DNA of 60,643 nt from an archaeon (lineage in GTDB: Archaea > Thermoplasmatota > Thermoplasmata > JAJSAE01): assembly GCA_024281315.1 (NCBI GenBank), contig JAJSAE010000060.1:1-60643 (forward strand), read 5' to 3'. Position 1 is the first letter of the stretch, and each line of letters starts with the position of its first letter. The translations under genes were made by a program, and so were the position numbers. The notes below the pieces were generated by a model, which was not told where the DNA came from, made no database searches, and saw only the letters and a list, made by a program, of their open reading frames with translations. Shown in pieces: positions 7,985-18,221 of the stretch.

Positions 7985-9852
7985 TGTTCTCCCTCCTTCA
8001 GTACCTCAAAGGCGTTAAAGGGACAGACCGGAACGCAGGAACCGCAGCCAAGACAAACCGCCGGGTCTATGGACATGACATGGGGCAGGGCGACGAATGC
8101 GGGGCACGCAAAGGTATCCACGCAGATGTGACAGTTTGTGCATTTCTCCTCATTGACTGTATAAACGGGCACAGGCCCCTTTCTCTTCTTATCCCTGTAC
8201 TCCAGGAGCGCACACGGATGTCTTGCGATTATAACGGCGGGCCCGTCGTACTGGAGAGCCTCCTTGAACAACTTCATGGTGGGCTGTATATCATACGGGT
8301 CCACGACCTTCACGAACTCCACGCCGAGCCCCTTCACCACCGCCTCGATGTCTATCTTCTGGCCGACCTCGTGCATTCCCGTGATTCCCATCCCGGGGTT
8401 TGGCTGGTGGCCGGTCATTGCGGTTATGCTGTTGTCCAGTATGACATAGACGAACCTGTGCTTATTGTAAAGGTTGTTCACGAGACCGGGTATTCCCGAA
8501 TGGAAGAATGTGGAATCCCCTATAAAAGAGATCGGGATCTGGTCGCTGGACTGTGCGAAACCGCCGGCAGCTCCGACGCTGGAACCCATGCATAGGAGGA
8601 AGTCGGCCATCTCGAACGGCTCCTGTATGCCAAGGGTGTAGCAGCCGATATCAGATGAAAAGACCACATCCTCCGGCTTTATCTTCAGGGCCTTCATCGC
8701 CTTCGCAAGTGCGTGATATGTGGCCCTGTGCGGGCAGCCGGGGCATAGTGTAGGCGGTCTCACCGGCAACTCAATCCCCTTCAAATCCTCGTTCTCGTAG
8801 GGAATTGCCACATCATAAAGCTTTGCCATCACGGAGCCCACAACCTCCGAGTTGTATTCGTAGGTCAGGGGGAGGTCTCCGCTCAGTTTTCCCACCATCC
8901 TCACGGAAGGCTTCACATCCTTGGCAAGTACCATTACCTCCTTTTCCAGTATCGGCTCCAGTTCCTCCGCAATCATCAGTGTGTCATGCGCCCTTATGAA
9001 ATCGGAGAGCGTCTTTCTCGGAAGCGGGAATGTGAGGCCAAGTTTCAGCACATCCGGTTCTATTCCCAGTACATTCCTCATCTCCATCACATAGTTATAG
9101 GCCACTCCGGAGGTGATTATTCCAACCCTTCCATCCCCCTTTAAAATATAGTTGAACGGGCTGGTTTCTGCGATTTCTTCCGCCTTTTCGAGGCGCTTCA
9201 GAAGCTCAGGATGTTCTCTTCTGGCGTTGGATGGGATAGTTACGAAGCGCGACGGAGCCTTATCAAAGTGTCCTTTCGTTTTTCTCTCAGCAGGTATGTC
9301 GCCCAGTGTTATAACGCCGCGAACATGGTTCATTCTTGTGGTGGTGCGGAACATGACCATAGCGCCTATTTTCTCGGAGAGCTCGAATGCGTACTTTATC
9401 ATCTCCTTTCCTTCCTGCGGCGTGGCAGGCTCCAGCATTGGAACACCGGCCAGCCTTGCGTAGTACCTGTTGTCCTGCTCGTTCTGGCTGGAATGTGCGG
9501 ACGGGTCATCCGCCGTCATTACGACGAGCCCGGCCCTGACACCGGTGTACCCCACGGTCATAAAGGCATCGCTGGCGACATTGAGGCCAACATGCTTCAT
9601 CGCCGTGAAACTGCGGACGCCAGACGCGGATGATGCAGCCACCTCCTCCATTGCAACCTTTTCGTTCGGTGCATATTCGAAGTATATGCCGGCGGGCTTT
9701 GCGGCCTTTTCAAGGGTTCCCCCCACCTCCGAGGAAGGGGTTCCGGGATATGTGGCTACAAATCCGACACCCGCCTCTATCAGCCCTCTGACAACGGCCT
9801 CGTTTCCCAGCAGAAATATCTTCTTTCCCGGTTGGTTCTCAAGCAGTTCCAT
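7981..9852 (-). CDS. iorA: Indolepyruvate:ferredoxin oxidoreductase subunit alpha
   Basis: 623 aa with TPP-enzyme N-terminal and PP-binding regions and a C-terminal 2x[4Fe-4S] motif (CTNCHICVDTFACP, CLGCGSCVPVCP). Confidence 0.88.
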   Translation of the reverse strand: MELLENQPGKKIFLLGNEAVVRGLIEAGVGFVATYPGTPSSEVGGTLEKAAKPAGIYFEYAPNEKVAMEEVAASSASGVRSFTAMKHVGLNVASDAFMTVGYTGVRAGLVVMTADDPSAHSSQNEQDNRYYARLAGVPMLEPATPQEGKEMIKYAFELSEKIGAMVMFRTTTRMNHVRGVITLGDIPAERKTKGHFDKAPSRFVTIPSNARREHPELLKRLEKAEEIAETSPFNYILKGDGRVGIITSGVAYNYVMEMRNVLGIEPDVLKLGLTFPLPRKTLSDFIRAHDTLMIAEELEPILEKEVMVLAKDVKPSVRMVGKLSGDLPLTYEYNSEVVGSVMAKLYDVAIPYENEDLKGIELPVRPPTLCPGCPHRATYHALAKAMKALKIKPEDVVFSSDIGCYTLGIQEPFEMADFLLCMGSSVGAAGGFAQSSDQIPISFIGDSTFFHSGIPGLVNNLYNKHRFVYVILDNSITAMTGHQPNPGMGITGMHEVGQKIDIEAVVKGLGVEFVKVVDPYDIQPTMKLFKEALQYDGPAVIIARHPCALLEYRDKKRKGPVPVYTVNEEKCTNCHICVDTFACPAFVALPHVMSIDPAVCLGCGSCVPVCPFNAFEVLKEGEQ

Positions 9853-9860
9853 TTTTTCAC

Positions 9861-10763
9861 CTACTTATAGAGCTCGTTCGTGAATTTCTCCTTGGCCAGA
9901 AGTATCTCCCACTGCTCGTCCGTATGCATCTGTATCGTCTCTATCTCCTCATCGGTCAGATGTCTGAACCTGCCCTGCGGCTTTAGGTATTCCCTTACAG
10001 GGACCTGTTTCGGCTTCATGGATATTTTGTACTTTCCATGATCGAACTCATACAGCGGGAAGACACGGCTCTGAACGGCCAGCCTCGCAAGTTCCACTGC
10101 CTTTGCAGGGTCGGATTTCCATCCCGTGGGGCATGGAGACAGGACCTGAAGGAACTTCGGCCCTTTAATCTCCATGGCACGCTTTACTTTCTTTATGAAA
10201 TCCTCGGGATATGAGACGGTAAGTGTGGCCGCATACTGAATATCGTGCGCAATCATTATCTCGATTACACTCTTTTTCGGCCTCTTTTTCCACTCCTTCT
10301 TCGAGCCGCCGGGGGTTGTGGTGGTCCACGCGCCTGCCGGCGTGGATGAGCTTCTCTGAATTCCCGTGTTCATATACGCCTCGTTGTCGTACATCACATA
10401 GATGACATTTTCTCCCCTCTCCACTGCACCGGAGAGTGATTGAAGGCCTATATCTGCCGTACCGCCATCTCCCGCAAATCCGACCACCGTGGTTTCGGTA
10501 TCTCCCATCATATCCAGTGCGGCCCTTATTCCGGATATTGAGGCTCCGGTGGTCTCGAATGCCGTATATAACAGGGGGACCTCCAGAGTTCTGGAAGGAT
10601 AAACTCCGGGAATTACCGCCCAGCAGCATGCGGGGATGCTCACAATGGTCTTCCCGCCGAGCGCTTTTAGCAGGTACCTCATGGCAATTGTCGCACCGCA
10701 GCCCTGACAGGCCACATGACCGGGGAGCATGTACTCCTCTTCGGGTATTGTTAATTTCACCAT
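9861..10763 (-). CDS. 2-oxoacid:ferredoxin oxidoreductase (POR/VOR type) subunit beta
   Basis: TPP-binding beta pattern (GCGATIAMR, GFAGDGGTADIG). The start at 10763 (MVKLTIPEEE) is preferred because GGGAGGTGG lies upstream and it sits next to the alpha-subunit stop. The ORF track extends to 10796. Confidence 0.88.
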   Translation of the reverse strand: MVKLTIPEEEYMLPGHVACQGCGATIAMRYLLKALGGKTIVSIPACCWAVIPGVYPSRTLEVPLLYTAFETTGASISGIRAALDMMGDTETTVVGFAGDGGTADIGLQSLSGAVERGENVIYVMYDNEAYMNTGIQRSSSTPAGAWTTTTPGGSKKEWKKRPKKSVIEIMIAHDIQYAATLTVSYPEDFIKKVKRAMEIKGPKFLQVLSPCPTGWKSDPAKAVELARLAVQSRVFPLYEFDHGKYKISMKPKQVPVREYLKPQGRFRHLTDEEIETIQMHTDEQWEILLAKEKFTNELYK

Positions 10764-10764
10764 A

Positions 10765-11949
10765 TTACCACCTCCCAGAGCCGTCTCTGAGGCCAACCCA
10801 TTCCACTTCCTTCTTTACCCCGCCATTCAGGGACTCGAACATGTCCTCGAATATCTTTCTCAGGACCTTCGGGGTTATGTCCCTGCCGCCCAGACCGGCT
10901 ATGTAGTTCTTGACGGGCAGGCTGGCATCCGAATTGTAGAGCGCCCCCTTGACCTCCGTTCCTATGGCGCCTCCGAATCCGCCGGTATAACTCCGGTCGA
11001 ACACACCGATAAGGCCGGCCTGCTTCGCGACCTTTCTTATCTCCTCGTACGGGAACGGTCTGAAACTCCTTATTCTGAGAACACCGGCCTTCTTTCCCTC
11101 GTCTCTCATCATATCTACAACCTCCATGGCAGTGCTGGCGACGCTTCCGGCAATAACCAGGACGACCTCGGCATCGTCTGTCTTATACTCCTCAACGAGC
11201 CCGTACTTCCTTCCGAAGGTCTCACCGAATTCCTTTCCCACTGTCCTTATGACATTTCTGGCCTCATCCATGGCTTCCGAAATCTTGTACCTGAACTCCA
11301 TATATCCCTCGGGCATGACCAGAGAGCCGAAGCCCATTGGTTCTCCAACCTTGAGCCTGAATTTCGGCTCGTATGGGGGAAGGAAGGAATCCACCGTCTC
11401 CTGTTCCGGAATATCCACGGATTCCATTGTGTGAGATAGAATAAACGCATCCTCAATGCTCATAGCCGGCAGATTCACCGTCTCCGCCACTTTATAGGCC
11501 AGAATTATGGTATCAAGGGCCTCCTGATTGCTGGCTACATAAAACTGAATCCAGCCGGTATCCCTCTGTGCAATGGTGTCCTGCTGGTCTGCCCATATGC
11601 TCCACGGCGGACCCATTGCCCTGTTCACATCGGTCATCACAATAGGCAGGCGGGCACCGGAGGCCCACATCAGAAGTTCATGCATGAGCGCAAGGCCGTG
11701 AGAGGACGACGCGGTATATGTTCTCACTCCCGTATTCTGGGCTGCTATGCACGCGGCCATAGCGCTGTGCTCGCTCTCAACCTTTATGAATTTGGCATCC
11801 AGTTCTCCGTTAGAGACCATCAAAGCCAGTTTTTCGATAATCGAAGTCTGCGGGGTTATGGGGTATGCCGCAATTACCTTGGGCTTTGCCAGTCGGGCGC
11901 CGTTGGCCGAGGCTCCGTTGCCTGTTATTACTTTCTTCACCATTCTCAT
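10765..11949 (-). CDS. 2-oxoacid:ferredoxin oxidoreductase subunit alpha
   Basis: Alpha-subunit pattern (GNGASANGARLA...YPITPQT). An ATGA overlap with the delta stop puts the start at 11949. The ORF track extends to 12006. Confidence 0.88.
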   Translation of the reverse strand: MRMVKKVITGNGASANGARLAKPKVIAAYPITPQTSIIEKLALMVSNGELDAKFIKVESEHSAMAACIAAQNTGVRTYTASSSHGLALMHELLMWASGARLPIVMTDVNRAMGPPWSIWADQQDTIAQRDTGWIQFYVASNQEALDTIILAYKVAETVNLPAMSIEDAFILSHTMESVDIPEQETVDSFLPPYEPKFRLKVGEPMGFGSLVMPEGYMEFRYKISEAMDEARNVIRTVGKEFGETFGRKYGLVEEYKTDDAEVVLVIAGSVASTAMEVVDMMRDEGKKAGVLRIRSFRPFPYEEIRKVAKQAGLIGVFDRSYTGGFGGAIGTEVKGALYNSDASLPVKNYIAGLGGRDITPKVLRKIFEDMFESLNGGVKKEVEWVGLRDGSGRW

Positions 11950-12263
11950 CCCTCCTTTACCATCTGAATGGCATTCACCGGGCACTCGTTGGCACAGATT
12001 CCGCACCCCTTGCAGTGCACATAATCTATGACGGGGGCCTTATCTACCATCTGCTTTATCTTATCGTTCGTGGCTTCGTATTCGCCTCCATTCTCCAGCG
12101 TTATAGCCACATCCGGGCAGAACTTCCAGCATATCATGCATCTTGTGCACTTCTCATACTCGATTATCGGGCGGAAGGTCCTCCATGTGCCTGTCCTGTT
12201 AGCAGTGCTGGGCTTGTCTGCAATGGGGGTTATGGGTATCTCGTCAAGGTATGACATCTTCAC
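11946..12263 (-). CDS. 2-oxoacid:ferredoxin oxidoreductase subunit delta (2x[4Fe-4S] ferredoxin)
   Basis: 105 aa with CTRCMICWKFCP and CKGCGICANECP. Confidence 0.88.
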   Translation of the reverse strand: MKMSYLDEIPITPIADKPSTANRTGTWRTFRPIIEYEKCTRCMICWKFCPDVAITLENGGEYEATNDKIKQMVDKAPVIDYVHCKGCGICANECPVNAIQMVKEG

Positions 12264-12817
12264 TCCTCCTTTGTTTCATTATAGGCATCCTCTGCCGCCT
12301 GAGCATTGTTCTCCTTCTTTACGGGGGCAAGGTCCATGACGCTCTTTTTCGTGCTCTCGAGGGAGAGGAGGCCGCTGATTCTGGCAAAGGCACCCACAAT
12401 GGCCGTATTGACTATGGGTGACGCACTGCTGCCCAGCCTGTTCCGTATGGCGATGGCCGTGGCATCCACCGTAATAACCCTCCTGTCCGTTTTCAGAATT
12501 GCCTTCATATCCGCCGGTGTTTTATCGGTATTGACGAGGACCACACCGCTCTCCTTCAGGCCCGCGAGCACATCGACCGTTTCCAGAAGTGCGGTATCCA
12601 GAATCACCACATAGTCAGGTTCGTATATCTGGCACTTCGTTCTTATGGGCCTTCTGTCAAGCCGCGTAAAAGCGGTCACAGGGGCACCTCTTCTCTCTAC
12701 ACCAAAGTAGGGAAAGGCCGAGACATCATAGCCTTCGGAAGCGGCAGCAACGGCCACCATCTCAGAGGCGATAACAGCTCCCTGACCTCCCCGTCCGTGG
12801 AAGCGTATTTCAATCAT
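12260..12817 (-). CDS. 2-oxoacid:ferredoxin oxidoreductase subunit gamma
   Basis: 185 aa starting [15 protein letters not shown]. Gene order gamma-delta-alpha-beta with 4-nt overlaps. Confidence 0.88.
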
Positions 12818-12895
12818 TCATAACACCGGCCACGGGATAGACGGCCTCTTTATTTAGTTTTTCCCGACATGTGTTGTTATGTGGCACGGAGTAAA

Positions 12896-13303
12896 TTATT
12901 TCTTCCCGCCACCGCTGAGGAACTCCTCAAGGCTTTCTATCTCTTCGTCCCTGTCGTACACCCTGCTCTCCTTCCTGTTCATATACCTGAGGATTCTCAT
13001 TTTTTCCATGGTAACTATTCCCCCGCTCATTATCTCATCGATATATGGGAGCAGTTTCTTTATGTTCTCCTCGGTGTCTACAATTTCTATCACCACAGGC
13101 AGGTCGTCCGAGAGGCGGAGGAGCTTCGTGGTGTGCAGATGGCTGTTAGCTCCGAATCCCATTATTCCTCTGCATACCGTTGCACCGGCCATGTTGAGTT
13201 CTCTGGCCTTTAAAACAATCTGTTCGTACACCGGCACACCGTTGTATCTGTCGTCCTCTCCGGTTAGAATCCTAAGAAGAACTCCATTGAATGGCAATCT
13301 CAC
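12896..13303 (-). CDS. DUF190 (PII-like) protein, CrcB-associated
   Basis: About 135 aa. The GTG start overlaps the crcB stop (GTGA). The longer ORF-track version (to 13603) overlaps crcB out of frame and is rejected. Confidence 0.7.
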   Translation of the reverse strand: MRLPFNGVLLRILTGEDDRYNGVPVYEQIVLKARELNMAGATVCRGIMGFGANSHLHTTKLLRLSDDLPVVIEIVDTEENIKKLLPYIDEIMSGGIVTMEKMRILRYMNRKESRVYDRDEEIESLEEFLSGGGKK

Positions 13304-13704
13304 CGTATTAACACCCCCTGACCGAGCATGGCAGTCATGACTCTGGCAAGCATGAAACCGACAAATACGAGGAGGAGGCCCACAACATTGGTGGCGATGA
13401 TGTTCAGAAATGCCAGTTTCGTCTCCCCGTCCCTGAAAAGGTTCATGGTCTCGAGGCCATAGGTGGAAAATGTTGTGAACGAGGCGATAACTCCGATGAA
13501 TACGAAGGATCTTATCTCGGGAGATAGACGGACATTCTCGAACATACCCCATACGATGCCTATTGCAAAAGCACCTATCATGTTTGCCGACATGGTTCCC
13601 CACGGGTAAATCCCGTCGAGATAAGAAAATCTCATGCCGGAAACGCCGTACCTGAGCAGGGCACCGAGGGCCCCACCTGCCGCAATGAGTAGAAGTCTCT
13701 CCAT
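13300..13704 (-). CDS. crcB: Fluoride ion channel CrcB/FluC
   Basis: About 134 aa from MERLLLIAAGGALGALLRY. Four hydrophobic segments and the GFxTFSTF-like motif (SFTTFSTYGLE). Confidence 0.85.
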   Translation of the reverse strand: MERLLLIAAGGALGALLRYGVSGMRFSYLDGIYPWGTMSANMIGAFAIGIVWGMFENVRLSPEIRSFVFIGVIASFTTFSTYGLETMNLFRDGETKLAFLNIIATNVVGLLLVFVGFMLARVMTAMLGQGVLIR

Positions 13705-13955
13705 GTTATGGTCTCCTTTCGATGCCAGACGATTCCATAATCCGGTCACGATGAGAGAGAAGGGGGAATGGATTAAAAGGTTTGCGTGCTCCCGCCCTTC
13801 TCTTGCCGTCAAGGAACAGGTCTATACCCGGGTCTTAACTCGGTGTTATGGCCGGGATTTTTCTGGTTATGAGGTGGGACACGATGACGGATAGCACCTG
13901 CCTAAATAAGATATTTCCTCGCAAAGCATAAAGCCCCCTTCCCATTCTCTCATCC

Positions 13956-15779
13956 GTGAAGAAGAGCCTGTTCCCCCACGACGAGATGCGCCCCTCTCAG
14001 AAGGAGTTTTATATCGCAGCAGCCTCGGCCATAAGGAGAAACAGGATTCTTCTGGCCCATGTTCCCACGGGAATCGGAAAGACAGCAGCCGTGCTCTCCG
14101 CAGCCCTTGAAAATTCAAAGGGAAGGAAGATTCTGTTCCTCACCGCGAGGCGGAGCCAACACCATATGGTTACTGAGACGGCAAGGGCCATAGGCCGCCG
14201 TTATCCTGAGCGAGGCGTGAGCTGCGTCAGCGTAATCGCCAGAAGGGCTATTTGCATAAATCCCTCTGTTTCCGGTGCGACCGACCACTCGGAGAGATGC
14301 AGCCTGCTGATAGAATCGGGCAGGTGCCCGTATTTCCTGGAACTTCGGAGAAGCAGCCTTTCTGACCGCCTTAGCGGTGCAATTCTGGATGCGCAGGAGA
14401 TTGCAGAGGCAGGCGGGGAGCACGGTGTCTGTCCCTACTACCTATCCCTTGAACTGGCCGCCCGGGCGGATATTGTGATTGCGGACTACAATCAGATATT
14501 CATGGAAAGCCTGCGCCCATCGTTTCTCGGCAGGCTGGGTGCGTCTATGGAGAACATAATACTCGTGGTGGATGAGGCGCATAATCTTCCGGACCGTATC
14601 AGACAGTCCCTTGTATTTCGCCCTGCATGGGGCCTGCGCGCCCTTCTAAAGGAAAAAGAGACGGGCAGGGGAAAAACCGCCGTGTTAGAGGTTCTCAACA
14701 GGTTTTCGTCAATGTTTCCAGAAAAAGAGGAGCAGCTTCCTTTTGATAAGGCAGGTGCGCCGTGCAGGCCTCTGGTTTTTTCCACCGGCTTTGACGATGA
14801 AGAGGAACTGCCGTGCAAAATCATATCGGAACTGGCGGGATGCCTTTCCGGGGAGCTCATAGAGCCTGTTCTCTCCTTCTCTCGCTTCCTTGCTCTGTGG
14901 TGCGATGAGGATGCGCCTGTTGTGAGATATGCGGGGCCGAGAGGACCTCATTTGAAGAGTCTTGATATCAGACCTTCCGCGTCCCCTGTCTTTAGCGCCG
15001 TCTCCTCCGCCGTTCTGATGAGCGGAACCCTGCACCCCGGGCGGTTTTACAGGGATGTTCTGGGGATTCCGTCCGAGAGAGCGAGAGTAAAGCGCTTCGG
15101 ATGGCCCTTCCCCGTGGAAAATCGGCGCATTTTCGTTGTAAAAGAGACAACCACCAGATATGCCGAAAGAAGTAAAGAGATGTATCGAGAAACCGCAGAG
15201 ATAATAAGTGACGCGGTGAGTGGAATAAAGGGGAATATCGCAGCATTCTTTCCGTCCTACGAGGTATTGTCAGAGGTGGAGCGCTTCCTACCCGCAGAAA
15301 GAATGGATGCCCGTATTCTCTTCGAAAGAAGAGGGATGTCAGTCGCCGCACTGAAAAAAATACTGGCCGCACTTAAAACAGGTGATAACAATCTTCTTCT
15401 GGCAGTCCAGTCCGGCTCTTTATCCGAAGGGCTGGATTATTCCGGCGCCGCACTCTCAGGTGTGATTGTGGTGGGTCTGCCCGTCCCTCCGCCGGACCCG
15501 GAAAGACTTGCGCTCCAGCAGCTGTACTCTGTGATGTTCGGTAGAAGTTCCGGATTCAGGTATGCGTTTCTTCAGCCTGCGGTAAACAGGGTTCTCCAAT
15601 CGGCAGGGAGGCTCATCAGAGGGGAAGAAGAGAAAGGGACCATAGTGCTCATGGACCACAGGTTCTCTGCAAGAAGGATCAGAGCCATGTTTCCGCCGGA
15701 TTTCCGGCCAGAGATCACCACCGACATCGCAGGTGACTGCGCACAGGCCTTTGAAGAATGGGAAAAGAGTGCTGATTAA
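13956..15779 (+). CDS. xpd: XPD/Rad3-family 5'-3' DNA helicase (Fe-S helicase)
   Basis: 607 aa. Walker A AHVPTGIGKT, DEAH box VVDEAHNL, four Cys in the Fe-S insert (CINPS, ERCS, GRCPYF, VCPYY). GTG start. Confidence 0.85.
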   Translation: MKKSLFPHDEMRPSQKEFYIAAASAIRRNRILLAHVPTGIGKTAAVLSAALENSKGRKILFLTARRSQHHMVTETARAIGRRYPERGVSCVSVIARRAICINPSVSGATDHSERCSLLIESGRCPYFLELRRSSLSDRLSGAILDAQEIAEAGGEHGVCPYYLSLELAARADIVIADYNQIFMESLRPSFLGRLGASMENIILVVDEAHNLPDRIRQSLVFRPAWGLRALLKEKETGRGKTAVLEVLNRFSSMFPEKEEQLPFDKAGAPCRPLVFSTGFDDEEELPCKIISELAGCLSGELIEPVLSFSRFLALWCDEDAPVVRYAGPRGPHLKSLDIRPSASPVFSAVSSAVLMSGTLHPGRFYRDVLGIPSERARVKRFGWPFPVENRRIFVVKETTTRYAERSKEMYRETAEIISDAVSGIKGNIAAFFPSYEVLSEVERFLPAERMDARILFERRGMSVAALKKILAALKTGDNNLLLAVQSGSLSEGLDYSGAALSGVIVVGLPVPPPDPERLALQQLYSVMFGRSSGFRYAFLQPAVNRVLQSAGRLIRGEEEKGTIVLMDHRFSARRIRAMFPPDFRPEITTDIAGDCAQAFEEWEKSAD

Positions 15780-16058
15780 GGCTATTTTTCGCATATTTTA
15801 ATCCATCGTTTTTCCCGCTTTCCTTCCATCTCTATTTCTGCCATGAAGAGGCCGAGTATGCGCCAGAATCATACTGAAGTCTCTTATTTCGGCGGGGAGT
15901 CGCACAATGCATTCTGTTTTTTCTTGCTTAATTCGCGTATATCGGCCGTGTCTTGTTCCTCTTTAAAGTTTTACGAAATAATTTTCCCTCGACAATTACA
16001 CGCTCCGAAGCGAAAAGAATATATATGAGTAAGTATAATACGGTAGCAAGGTGATACC

Positions 16059-16427
16059 ATGGAAAGACGTGGATTCAGTGCCAAGGAACAAAAGCTGGTC
16101 GATCTGCTGGTTGACAGTGGAATGAAGAAGAACATAGCCAAGACCCTCGTTTACCTGAAGAAGAGAAAGGAGACCACATCTGTGGAACTTGAGGGTGCAA
16201 CAGCTCTCAGACAGCCTGAGGTCTCCATCGCAATGCAGGAACTGAGGAAAAGAAAGTGGGTGACCAAGCGGGACATCAAAAAAGAAGGAAAAGGACGGCC
16301 CGTACACTCCTACAAACTTGCTATTTCTTTCTCCAAAGTCATAGATAATGTCGTAAAGGACAGGAAGCAGGAAATCGGCAAGATTGAAAAGAGCATTAAG
16401 GACCTTGAAAACTTCAAAGAGCAGTAA
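16059..16427 (+). CDS. Winged-helix (ArsR/TrmB-like) transcriptional regulator
   Basis: 122 aa with a wHTH-like core (SVELEGATALRQPEVSIAMQELRKRKWV) and a C-terminal coiled-coil-like tail. Confidence 0.6.
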   Translation: MERRGFSAKEQKLVDLLVDSGMKKNIAKTLVYLKKRKETTSVELEGATALRQPEVSIAMQELRKRKWVTKRDIKKEGKGRPVHSYKLAISFSKVIDNVVKDRKQEIGKIEKSIKDLENFKEQ

Positions 16428-16443
16428 AAACCAGCGAAACCCC

Positions 16444-17112
16444 TTACTTTTCTATTATTTCCGGCCCGTCCTCATGGCCAACGATGACCCTATCCGCCAT
16501 TCCGAGGAAGAGCCCGTTTTCCACAACTCCCGGGAGGTTGTTTATATCCTGCTCCAGTTTGCGTGGATCGCTTATCCCGTCAAAGACCGTATCGAGAATG
16601 TTGTTTCCGTTATCGGTTACGAAGATTTTTTCATTCATTTCTCTTACCCTCGGACTGCCACCAAGCACCGTAAGTCGCTCACGAACAAAACCGGTGCCGA
16701 ATGGTATTACCTCCACAGGCAAAGGCGATCTCGTGCCCAGCATTCTCACCATTTTTGCCTCGTCAACAACGATTATCTCCCTGCGAGAGGATGCGGCCAC
16801 TATCTTTTCCCTTACAAGGGCACCACCCATTCCCTTTATCAAATTCAACTCGGGATCCACCTCGTCCGCACCGTCTATTGTTAAATCTATATATGAATAG
16901 TCATCCAGCCGACCCAGCGGAATGTTCAGGGATCTGGCAAGCTCTTCGGTCTTTCTGGATGTCGGTATCCCGATAAGGTCATAGCCCTCTTTAATCATCT
17001 GTCCTATCCGTAAAATAGTGTAATAAACGGTGGACCCGGTTCCGAGACCGAGAATCATACCATCTTCTATATATTCGGCGGCCTTCTCGCCAGCCATCTG
17101 TTTAAGGTTCAT
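16444..17112 (-). CDS. rpiA: Ribose-5-phosphate isomerase A
   Basis: 222 aa with GLGTGST, DGADEVD and KGMGGALVREK motifs. Confidence 0.92.
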   Translation of the reverse strand: MNLKQMAGEKAAEYIEDGMILGLGTGSTVYYTILRIGQMIKEGYDLIGIPTSRKTEELARSLNIPLGRLDDYSYIDLTIDGADEVDPELNLIKGMGGALVREKIVAASSRREIIVVDEAKMVRMLGTRSPLPVEVIPFGTGFVRERLTVLGGSPRVREMNEKIFVTDNGNNILDTVFDGISDPRKLEQDINNLPGVVENGLFLGMADRVIVGHEDGPEIIEK

Positions 17113-17302
17113 TCTTCACCTTTTTCTCTTCCTTGGGCTGTATTTCGTTCACAATAAGGTTCAGCGACCGATTGAGTTCCTGCATCTTCTTTTCCATTCT
17201 AGCCATTCTGCAGTAGATGCAGTTGCATCCCTCTATGTACTCGTATTCGTCTCCAAGGTGTTCTTCAATGGTGTCATCTTCGTCAGTCATGCTTATTACC
17301 AC
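17102..17302 (-). CDS. Small hypothetical protein (66 aa, acidic N-terminus, CNCIYC motif)
   Basis: The ORF overlaps the rpiA start by 11 nt on the same strand. No recognisable family. Confidence 0.35.
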   Translation of the reverse strand: MVISMTDEDDTIEEHLGDEYEYIEGCNCIYCRMARMEKKMQELNRSLNLIVNEIQPKEEKKVKNEP

Positions 17303-17399
17303 TATTAGTATGTATCATGTTCCCCTATTTAAGTTTTCCGTTGAAGAGATAATATTATCATTTTTGAAAACATTAATTGCCTATAAAACGGTTTTTTCT

Positions 17400-18107
17400 T
17401 TACTTTTTATTGTGCCTCCACTTCTCAGGTCTCGCCTCATAGGGGATAGCGGAGGGGATAATATTACTGTAGGTCTGCCAGAAGACATAGAGCATGAACA
17501 GGGCAACGGCTCCGAATGAAATAACATCCCACAAATGCAGTCCCAGATAGAAGGGGACCAGCACAATGGAGTAGAAGAGATGTATCATTATCGCCTGAAC
17601 GGCGTAGTGCACTGGTTCCTTTTTTGCCGCACCCACCCCGATAATGGCCGATGTGGAGCCCCACATAAAGGCAATCATGAAGCCGTATATGACAAACAGG
17701 AGTATTCCTGCGGCCGTAAGGCTTCCGCTAGCCACGGCCTGGGTAAGGCCGAGATAGATGTTTCCGAAGGTTATGATGGCAGCGGCACCGAGCCCGAATG
17801 AAAAGGCGTAGAATGTGGTGTCAATGTGACCGGAGTATTTTCTACTGTTGAATATGATGAATTTCAGCATCTCCTCCAGAACGGCCACGAGGACAAGATA
17901 AAGTATGCTCGCACTTCCGAAAGTGGATTCCACCAGAAAGAACAGAGAGCCCGCAATCATGCCGAAGGAGAGAAAAATAAAGACCTTTCTGTCGTCAAAA
18001 TACGGCTTTTCCACAGCTGGGTATGTATAGTCTCTCAGTGTAAAGAAGAGGATTAGGAGCGCGGGTGTGAATCCGATTACTCCGGAGATCATCATCACAT
18101 TGTCCAT
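17400..18107 (-). CDS. Polytopic membrane protein, PrsW-like intramembrane protease candidate
   Basis: 235 aa with about 7 hydrophobic segments. An EExxK motif (VLEEMLKF) resembles PrsW-family proteases. Confidence 0.5.
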   Translation of the reverse strand: MDNVMMISGVIGFTPALLILFFTLRDYTYPAVEKPYFDDRKVFIFLSFGMIAGSLFFLVESTFGSASILYLVLVAVLEEMLKFIIFNSRKYSGHIDTTFYAFSFGLGAAAIITFGNIYLGLTQAVASGSLTAAGILLFVIYGFMIAFMWGSTSAIIGVGAAKKEPVHYAVQAIMIHLFYSIVLVPFYLGLHLWDVISFGAVALFMLYVFWQTYSNIIPSAIPYEARPEKWRHNKK

Positions 18108-18221
18108 GACGGGACATTCGACGGGTAGTATTTATAACTAGGGGAATCGAGAAGGAAGTCTTTTATAAGACAATGCGGTTATATAATCGGAAAGGAGAGA
18201 GCCGGAAGCGGGTGAAAGCTT

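Noticed and set aside
10765-12006. N-terminal extensions of the oxidoreductase alpha (to 12006) and beta (to 10796) subunits
   Set aside because: Downstream starts with Shine-Dalgarno-like sequences and stop/start overlaps (ATGA; TAA-t-ATG) fit operon coupling. The extensions overlap upstream genes and look non-protein-like.
12896-13603. 235-aa version of the DUF190 ORF
   Set aside because: Its N-terminal 100 aa overlap crcB in another frame and are Arg/His/Cys-rich nonsense. A GTG at 13303 coupled to the crcB stop gives a normal-size DUF190 protein.
13705-13955. Fluoride riboswitch upstream of crcB
   Set aside because: By eye, the conserved fluoride-riboswitch core segments are absent on the minus strand. 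This needs cmscan to be definitive.
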